A DNA stretch of 32,483 nucleotides from Polyangiaceae bacterium (GTDB lineage Bacteria; Myxococcota_A; Polyangia; Polyangiales; Polyangiaceae). Made by a program: the position numbers and the translations under genes. Of this stretch, positions 8,352 through 14,580 are shown in pieces. Position 1 is the stretch's first letter; each line of letters begins with the position of its first letter. The notes below the pieces were generated by a model. It was not told the DNA's origin, did not search any database, and saw only the letters and a list, made by a program, of their open reading frames with translations. The DNA is taken from contig JAYTZB010000309.1 in the NCBI GenBank assembly GCA_043742085.1, forward strand, positions 1 through 32,483, in the 5' to 3' direction.

Positions 8352-8741
8352 TTACGAGCGGCCGCGCGATCCGTCGCGGCCCGCAGAGCCGAACGTGAGC
8401 TGGAGCTTGCCGTTCGGGACGGTGATCTTGAGATCGAGAGCACCAGCCTTGATGACCGTGTTGTTCTCGATGGCGCCGGCGAGCTGCGCCGTGTCGACGT
8501 CGAAGTCCCCGGCGATCTTCCCTTCGCTCTTGAGCGCGCCCGCCGAGATCTTCCCGGAGACCGCGCCGGTCGCGCTCACGGTGACGGACGGTCCCTCGAT
8601 GTCGCCCTCGATCGATCCCTGCACGAGGATGGGACAGGTCGACGTGAGCGAGCCCTTGAAGCGGGTTCCTTCTTCGACGAGCGTCCGCTTCTCGTTCGTT
8701 GCGCCGCCGCCGCTCGCGGCCGGATTCTTCGGATCATTCAT
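8352..8741 (-). CDS. Bactofilin (polymer-forming cytoskeletal protein)
   Basis: TLVEEGTRFKGSL....ILVQGSIEGDI....VTVSATGAVSGKI.A..L...GKIAGDF beta-helix repeats. Confidence 0.85.
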   Translation of the reverse strand: MNDPKNPAASGGGATNEKRTLVEEGTRFKGSLTSTCPILVQGSIEGDIEGPSVTVSATGAVSGKISAGALKSEGKIAGDFDVDTAQLAGAIENNTVIKAGALDLKITVPNGKLQLTFGSAGRDGSRGRS

Positions 8742-8836
8742 GGCTGGCTCACACCCTTTCGGTCCTCCCATTGTCGCACGTCGCGCGCCCGGCGTTCGTT
8801 CAACTCGTCGAAAATGCTAGCTTCGGCCGAAGCGCC

Positions 8837-9610
8837 ATGAAGTTCGAGCAGCTCGATCGTCGCATGCGGGTGTACGAGACCGCCCACGATCACTGCGTGC
8901 TGCCCGGCTTGCACATGGTGGCGCGAATCGACGGCCGCTCCTTCTCGCAGCTGACCCGCGGAAAGGAGGGCCTTCAGACGTTCGAGGCGCCCTACGACAC
9001 GCGTTTTCGCGACTGCATGGTGGCGACGCTCGAGCACCTCGTCACGTCCTCGGGCTTCTCGGTGCTGTTCGGCTACACGCAGAGCGATGAGATGTCGCTC
9101 CTCTTCAAGAGAGACGAATCGCTCTTCGGTCGCAAGCTCCGCAAGTACCTCTCGGTCCTCGCCGGCGAGGCCAGCGCGAAGTTCTCGCTCGCCCTCGGCA
9201 GCCTCGGCGCGTTCGACGCCCGCATCTCGCAGCTCCCCGACGCGGAGACCGTCGTCGACTACTTCCGCTGGCGTCACGAGGACGCGGCCCGCAATGCGTT
9301 GAACGGCCACTCGTACTGGCTGCTCCGTCGCCAGGGGCTCGACGATCACGCCGCCACCGAGCAGCTCAAGGGCGTGTCGGTCGCCGATCGCAACGAGATG
9401 CTCTTTCGCGCCGGCATCAACTTCAACGACGTGCCGGCGTGGCAGCGGCGCGGCATCGGCGTCCTCTGGAAGGACGAGCCGCACGTGGGCGAGAACCCGA
9501 AGACCGGCGCGCCCGTGACCACCACACGCCGTCGCGCGGTGGTGAGCTACGACCTGCCGATGAAGACCGAGTTCGACGATCTCGTGCGCCGCATCGTCGA
9601 GCAGCAGTAG
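8837..9610 (+). CDS. thg1: tRNA(His) guanylyltransferase Thg1-like protein (3'-5' RNA polymerase, TLP)
   Basis: VARIDGRSFSQLT, PYD..F, YTQSDEMSLLF, RK..K..S, FDARI, YFRWRH.DA.RN, GINFNDVPAWQRRG. Confidence 0.92.
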   Translation: MKFEQLDRRMRVYETAHDHCVLPGLHMVARIDGRSFSQLTRGKEGLQTFEAPYDTRFRDCMVATLEHLVTSSGFSVLFGYTQSDEMSLLFKRDESLFGRKLRKYLSVLAGEASAKFSLALGSLGAFDARISQLPDAETVVDYFRWRHEDAARNALNGHSYWLLRRQGLDDHAATEQLKGVSVADRNEMLFRAGINFNDVPAWQRRGIGVLWKDEPHVGENPKTGAPVTTTRRRAVVSYDLPMKTEFDDLVRRIVEQQ

Positions 9611-9620
9611 CGCGGCGAGG

Positions 9621-10031
9621 TCATTCGAGCCGCTCGAGCAGCGCGAGCAACGTGGCCGGCGGATGGACCTCGAAGCCGAGACCGACGGGATAGTCGCGGA
9701 TGTTGCCGGTGACGACGGCCTGCGCGTTCCCCGCGAGGGCCACCTCGACGAAGATGCGATCGTCGTCGTCGGTCATGGCCCCGCTCCACGCCGGCACGAC
9801 GCCCAGCTCTTCTCCGCAGGCCGTGAGCTTCTCCAGGAAGCCGTCGACGAGGCCGGCTGCGATGGCCTTGAATTTCGGCCGCCGCAGCACGTCGCGGTAC
9901 TCGGCCGCGATGCGGGCGTCGTAGAGGACGATCGCGCGCGTCGACCAGATGGCCGCGAGCGCGCGCCCCGGTACGCTCGCCGGTTTCAGCAGCGCCGAGA
10001 CGATGACGTTGGTGTCGAGGACGAGCCGCAT
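9621..10031 (-). CDS. PIN-domain protein (putative toxin-antitoxin toxin component, PIN_3 type)
   Basis: MRLVLDTNVIVSALL...EYRDVLRRPKF...DDDDRIFVEVALAG.A.AVVTGNIRDY. Confidence 0.88.
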   Translation of the reverse strand: MRLVLDTNVIVSALLKPASVPGRALAAIWSTRAIVLYDARIAAEYRDVLRRPKFKAIAAGLVDGFLEKLTACGEELGVVPAWSGAMTDDDDRIFVEVALAGNAQAVVTGNIRDYPVGLGFEVHPPATLLALLERLE

Positions 10032-10048
10032 CGCGTCACTCGACGGTA

Positions 10049-10969
10049 TCAAGCGCCGCGCGGCGACACGCCCGCATCTCGCTTGCAAAAGATCGCGAGC
10101 TGCTCGAGCAGCCAGCGACTCGCGGGCCCGAAGGTGGTGTCGTTGCGGTAGATCGCCGAGAGGTGCAGCGTGTGCTCGTCCTTGCCCCACGCCGCGGGCC
10201 GGATCGCGACCAGCCTTCGCGCCCGCAGATCGTCGCGGACCACGTGCTCGGGGAGGTTTCCCCAGCCGAGCCCGGCCCGGAGCATCATGTGCTTCGTGTG
10301 GAGATCGGCGACCCGCCAGGTGCGCGGCGAGAGCACCGCCTGGTCGGCGACCCCCGCATCGCTCCGCTCGGAGAGCACGAGCTGGATGGCATCGGCGAGG
10401 CGCTTCGTCGGGATCGGTCCCTTGTGCGCGGCGAGCGGGTGCTTCGGCCCGACGACGGGCACCATGCGGATCGCCGCGAGCGACTGGCGTTCGAGACCGG
10501 GGGCGAGGCCTCGTGGGCTGGCGACCCCGAGCGTGGCCATGCCTGCCAGCACGCGCGCCGACACCGCCGACATCACCTGCGTGTCGATGCGCAGGTCGAC
10601 CGCGGGGAACTCCTTCGCGAAGGCCGTGCACAGATCGATCAGCGCGCTCAGCGGGAACAGCGCGTCGAGGCAGAGCGAGACGGAGGCCTCCAGTCCGCTC
10701 GCCATCCCGGCGGTGAGCCGCTTCAAGCCGTCCACCTCGTCGAGGACTCGCTGCGCCGACGAGAGCACGGCCTTGCCCTGGTCGGTGAGCTTCGCCACCT
10801 TGGTCGAGCGATCCCAGATCGCCACGTCGAGCTGGGCTTCGAGGTTCGCCATCGATGTGCTGACGGCGGACTGCACGCGCTTCAGCTTTCGCGCCGCCGC
10901 GGAGAAGCTCCCCTCCTGGACCACCGCGACGAACGCGCGGAGCTGGTCGAGCGTGACCGGATCGTACAT
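10049..10969 (-). CDS. LysR-family transcriptional regulator
   Basis: TLDQLRAFVAVVQEGSFSAAARKL.RVQSAVS..MANLE.QL HTH; C-terminal GLGWGNLP; 306 aa; divergent from pirin. Confidence 0.95.
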   Translation of the reverse strand: MYDPVTLDQLRAFVAVVQEGSFSAAARKLKRVQSAVSTSMANLEAQLDVAIWDRSTKVAKLTDQGKAVLSSAQRVLDEVDGLKRLTAGMASGLEASVSLCLDALFPLSALIDLCTAFAKEFPAVDLRIDTQVMSAVSARVLAGMATLGVASPRGLAPGLERQSLAAIRMVPVVGPKHPLAAHKGPIPTKRLADAIQLVLSERSDAGVADQAVLSPRTWRVADLHTKHMMLRAGLGWGNLPEHVVRDDLRARRLVAIRPAAWGKDEHTLHLSAIYRNDTTFGPASRWLLEQLAIFCKRDAGVSPRGA

Positions 10970-10977
10970 GCGACAAC

Positions 10978-10994
10978 CATCTCACCAGCAGATG
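10978..10994. promoter_or_regulatory. LysR recognition box (T-N11-A dyad)
   Basis: CATCT-N7-AGATG perfect dyad immediately upstream of the LysR start, in the divergent LysR/pirin gap. Confidence 0.7.
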
Positions 10995-11072
10995 ATCATC
11001 GTCAACGGATTGCCGGTTCCGCAGATAGGCAAACGGCCTCATGATGCTTCTTCGACGGCAACGGAGGCACCC

Positions 11073-11771
11073 ATGATGACCATTCGACCTGCAGGTGAGC
11101 GCGGACATGCCCAGCACGGCTGGCTCGACTCCCACCACACGTTCTCCTTCGCGGACTACCACGACGAGGCCCACATGGGCTTCCGTGCGCTGCGGGTGAT
11201 CAACGAGGACCGCGTCGCACCGGCGCAGGGCTTCGGGACGCATCCGCATCGCGACATGGAGATCATCTCCTATGTCCTCGAGGGCGGTCTCGAGCACAAG
11301 GACTCGATGGGTACCGGCTCCGTCATCAAGCCCGGCGACGTGCAGCGCATGAGCGCCGGCACCGGCGTCCGCCACAGCGAGAAGAACGCATCGACCGACC
11401 AGGGCGTTCACTTCCTCCAGATCTGGGTCATGCCGGAGAAGAACGGCATCCAGCCGAGCTACGAGCAGAAGGCCTTCAGCGAGCAGGACAAGCGCGGACG
11501 ACTGCGCCTCGTGGCGTCACCCGATGGTCGCGACGGAAGCGTGACGGTGCACAGCGACGCACTGCTCTACGCGGGCCTGTTCGACAAGGGCGAGGCGGCG
11601 GAGCTCCCGCTACGCGCCGGGCGCCACGCCTGGATCCACGTCGCGCGTGGCAAGGTGCGCGTCAACGATCGCGAGCTCTCGGCCGGCGACGGCGCGTCGC
11701 TGACCGCAGAGACGACGGTCAAGGTCGAGGGCGTCGACGGCGGCGAGGTGCTCGTCTTCGATCTGGCGTGA
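11073..11771 (+). CDS. Pirin family protein (YhhW-like)
   Basis: RGHAQHGWLDSHHTFSFADY, LRVINEDRV, GFGTHPHRDMEIISYVLEG.LEHKDSMG, MSAGTGVRHSE.N, FLQIW; GGAGG RBS. Confidence 0.95.
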   Translation: MMTIRPAGERGHAQHGWLDSHHTFSFADYHDEAHMGFRALRVINEDRVAPAQGFGTHPHRDMEIISYVLEGGLEHKDSMGTGSVIKPGDVQRMSAGTGVRHSEKNASTDQGVHFLQIWVMPEKNGIQPSYEQKAFSEQDKRGRLRLVASPDGRDGSVTVHSDALLYAGLFDKGEAAELPLRAGRHAWIHVARGKVRVNDRELSAGDGASLTAETTVKVEGVDGGEVLVFDLA

Positions 11772-11838
11772 CCGCACGCTGCTGCCTTCGCCGCACGCGT
11801 CGCTTCCCAGCGGCGAGCAGATGCGGTCTGCTCGCCGC

Positions 11839-12150
11839 ATGGGCAAGATCGACGACATGCGGCGACTTCGCGAGCAGCAGTTCGCGGACAACGACAAGCG
11901 CGCGAACGACGACAAGCGCGAGGTCGCCAAGACCGCGACCACGAAGGACCCGTCGACCGTGACCGCGCCCCCGGCGGTCGCCCCTCGAGCGGCAGCAGCC
12001 CCCAAGGCGAAGCCGAGCGGTGCAGCCACCGCCGACGAGGGAAAGTGCTCCGTCTGCGGAAAGATGAAGGCGCTGACGAACGGCCTCGTCGCGAGCCACC
12101 AGAAGGGCTTCGGCAAGGCGTGCGCGGGCTCGCGCAAGGAGCCCGCGTAG
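11839..12150 (+). CDS. Small hypothetical protein with C-terminal CxxC-H-C zinc-ribbon-like motif
   Basis: Charged helical N-terminus, Ala/Pro/Lys linker, then KCSVCGK...SHQKGFGKACAGS. Confidence 0.65.
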   Translation: MGKIDDMRRLREQQFADNDKRANDDKREVAKTATTKDPSTVTAPPAVAPRAAAAPKAKPSGAATADEGKCSVCGKMKALTNGLVASHQKGFGKACAGSRKEPA

Positions 12151-12174
12151 ATCGCGCGAAGGCGCTCTCGCGGC

Positions 12175-13200
12175 TCAGAAGTTCGCGGCGAGCGATGCGC
12201 GCACGCCGAGGTCGTACGGATCGGTCAGCTCGCCCGCGACCGGCAGCACCACGCCGATGATCGGCATGACGGCGCCGAAGTGGAAGCGGACCTGGGGCTC
12301 GACGATGACGACCGCCGCATCCGGGCCCGCGACGGCGATGTTGGTCCACGCGCGAAGCGTGGCATCGGCGTACTTGTGGAACCGATAGCTGCCGCGCGCG
12401 GCGACGACGACCGCGCCTTCGTAGGAGCCCTCGGAAGCGGTCGCGTGCAGAGACTCGTACTTGACGTACCCCTCGAGCTCGACCTTCTCCACACCGTTGT
12501 AGAGCGCACCGACCTTCGGGACGATGCCGAAGTGATCGGTCGCGAACGCCGCCGTGTCCTCGCGGCCACGCGAGTCGGACATCGCCTGCAGGAGCGATCG
12601 GCGATCGAGTGACGTCTGATCGACATGGCCGAGGGTGCTCACGTCGCCCGCCGGGGGAAGCTCGTTACCGGAAGCGGTGGGCAGCGCGAGATCGAGGCCG
12701 GCGAAGACCACGACGTTCTTGCGGACGTGGCCCTCGTACTCGGCGCCGAGCGTGAAGTTGCCGACCACCGTGCTGCCGCGCGTCTCGTTCGGGATGAGCG
12801 AGCCCGCACCGAGCGGGAGCAGCGCGCCGACGCGCAGGTGGGAAACGACCTCGTAGGAGAGACCGAGGTTGATCGACGTCGTCTGGAAACGTGCCGTCTC
12901 CGCGGTCCGACTCTCCTGCGAGAGGAGCGGTCCGACGATGCGCTGGGAAAGCACCGGCGTCGCTCCGAAGCCGAACACCGCGTCGAGCGTCGCGCGCCAA
13001 CGATCCTCTTCCTCGCGGTGAGGCTTCTCCGACTCGGAGGGTCGATCCGCAACCTGCGGACCCGAAGCCTGGAGCGCCGGCGGCGGCGGCGGGGGCTCCG
13101 CGGTCACGGGCTCCTCTTGCGCCGCTGCGACGGTGGAGAGCGAGAGCCCGAACGTCGCGATCGCGAGCGTGAGCGAGGCAGAGAGACCGGCGCGCTTCAT
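12175..13200 (-). CDS. Predicted outer-membrane beta-barrel protein
   Basis: Sec signal MKRAGLS...AAA|QEE, Pro-rich linker, alternating amphipathic strands (INLGLSYEV, FTLGAEYEG, VELEGYVKYE, VAARGSYRF), terminal strand LGVRASLAANF ending in Phe. Confidence 0.72.
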   Translation of the reverse strand: MKRAGLSASLTLAIATFGLSLSTVAAAQEEPVTAEPPPPPPALQASGPQVADRPSESEKPHREEEDRWRATLDAVFGFGATPVLSQRIVGPLLSQESRTAETARFQTTSINLGLSYEVVSHLRVGALLPLGAGSLIPNETRGSTVVGNFTLGAEYEGHVRKNVVVFAGLDLALPTASGNELPPAGDVSTLGHVDQTSLDRRSLLQAMSDSRGREDTAAFATDHFGIVPKVGALYNGVEKVELEGYVKYESLHATASEGSYEGAVVVAARGSYRFHKYADATLRAWTNIAVAGPDAAVVIVEPQVRFHFGAVMPIIGVVLPVAGELTDPYDLGVRASLAANF

Positions 13201-13307
13201 TCGCGCATCCTGGATCAGCACGCCATGTCCTCTCAAGGACAAAACCATCGATCGAACCGGTGCGGCCTGTATACAGCAAGCAAAATCGACATCGCGTTCG
13301 CCGAATC

Positions 13308-13334
13308 GCATTTCACCACACTGGTGTGAAATGC
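13308..13334. promoter_or_regulatory. Perfect 9-bp inverted repeat, likely operator
   Basis: GCATTTCAC-N9-GTGAAATGC near the middle of the AT-richer divergent gap 13201-13480. Confidence 0.55.
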
Positions 13335-13480
13335 TACAAGCTCCGGCGCAGCTAAATCTACGTACGAATACGTAGTCGGTAGTGCCCGCGGGAAACTCCG
13401 ATTGGCATTGACAGGCGACGTTTGTCCGTCGCCCGTATCCCGTAGCCCGCACGCGTTGGCCGTGTTCCCTGGAGTTCCGA

Positions 13481-14560
13481 ATGTATAGGGCAGCTCGTTG
13501 CTTCGTCGTCGGGATGAGCGTCTTCGCGATCCTCGCTCGCGCGAGCGTCGTGAGCGCGGCTCCCGAGGCGACCAAGGTGCAGATCGAGCGCTCGCAGACC
13601 GCCGAGCCGCGCAGCTCGGGCGGGTCCGAGGGACGAAGCGCTCCCGACAGCGACACGGCGGGCGGCGAGAACGCCCTCCAGTCACGTCTCGACGCGCAGG
13701 AGGGATCGAAGATCTGGTCGATCACCGCGGCCGCGGAGCTCCACACCGCGTTCGTCCAGACCGAGCCCGACGACGGGCGTACGGCGCCGGATAAATTCTA
13801 CACGTTCTATTCCCTCCGCCCCCAGGTCTACATCACACCGTACGACCAGCTCCGCGCCGACTTCGGCCTGTACGAGCGCTTCATCGCAGATCCCGGTGAG
13901 AGCGGCCTTCGGCTCGCGGACATCTCCGCGCGCTACACGCGCTTCATTCCGCTCTTCACCGGTGAGAGCACGCAGTCGCCGTCGACCCCGCCGTCGAAGG
14001 GCGTGCTGCTCAAGATCGCCGTGTCCGCGACCGCGCCGACCTCGTACACGAGCAAGCTGCACGGCGTCATCACGGTGCCGCGCTTGCGCGTCTATCTGGA
14101 GCGCGCGTTTCTCGACGAGTCTTTGTTCCTCACCGCCAACGCCTTCGGCGAGTATTACGTCGAGCGTTTCCGTACCTCGGCTGGCGGCGGCTCGAACGCG
14201 CTGTCGCGCTATGCCGCCCAGGTCACGGCCGACTACTTCTTTCCGTTCCACAAGCAGCTCTCGGTCGGCGCGCTGCTCTCGACGTCGTGGACGTATTATT
14301 ACGGCGTCGAGGGCGTCAACGCGGGCTCGATGGGCACCGTCGCCGACTCCACGTTCACGTCGCAGCCGGTGCAGCAGATCTACAGCGCCGAGGTCGACGC
14401 CGAGTACTCGTTTCCGGTGTGGAAGGGCCTCCGCACGTCGGGGGCCCTCACCTACGCGGTCGGAGACAACACCGTCCTCCACGACGGCGTGCAGCACATT
14501 TATTACGGGTTTTACCGTCGCTCATCAGAGCTGTACGCGACATTTACGGCTCGCTACTGA
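13481..14560 (+). CDS. Predicted outer-membrane beta-barrel protein
   Basis: GGAG RBS; signal peptide; disordered linker; Tyr/Phe-rich alternating strands (WSITAAAEL, LRADFGLYE, YAAQVTADYFF, YSAEVDAEYSF); terminal strand ELYATFTARY ending in an aromatic residue. Confidence 0.75.
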   Translation: MYRAARCFVVGMSVFAILARASVVSAAPEATKVQIERSQTAEPRSSGGSEGRSAPDSDTAGGENALQSRLDAQEGSKIWSITAAAELHTAFVQTEPDDGRTAPDKFYTFYSLRPQVYITPYDQLRADFGLYERFIADPGESGLRLADISARYTRFIPLFTGESTQSPSTPPSKGVLLKIAVSATAPTSYTSKLHGVITVPRLRVYLERAFLDESLFLTANAFGEYYVERFRTSAGGGSNALSRYAAQVTADYFFPFHKQLSVGALLSTSWTYYYGVEGVNAGSMGTVADSTFTSQPVQQIYSAEVDAEYSFPVWKGLRTSGALTYAVGDNTVLHDGVQHIYYGFYRRSSELYATFTARY

Positions 14561-14580
14561 GCACAGGCTGATTCGGAGTC

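Noticed and set aside
9621-11771. Long N-terminal extensions of the PIN (to 11411) and pirin (from 10170) ORFs
   Set aside because: They overlap LysR and pirin in other frames; family homology starts at 10031 and 11073.
13267-13276. CTGTATACAG as an SOS/LexA box
   Set aside because: The spacing is CTGT-N2-ACAG, not CTGT-N8-ACAG; kept only as an unexplained palindrome.
13326-13412. Resemblance to a c-di-GMP-I riboswitch (AAGCTCCGG...CTAAA...GGTAG)
   Set aside because: The conserved GGCAAAC/GAAA/GACGCAAAG elements are not present in the right order; cannot be called without an Rfam search.
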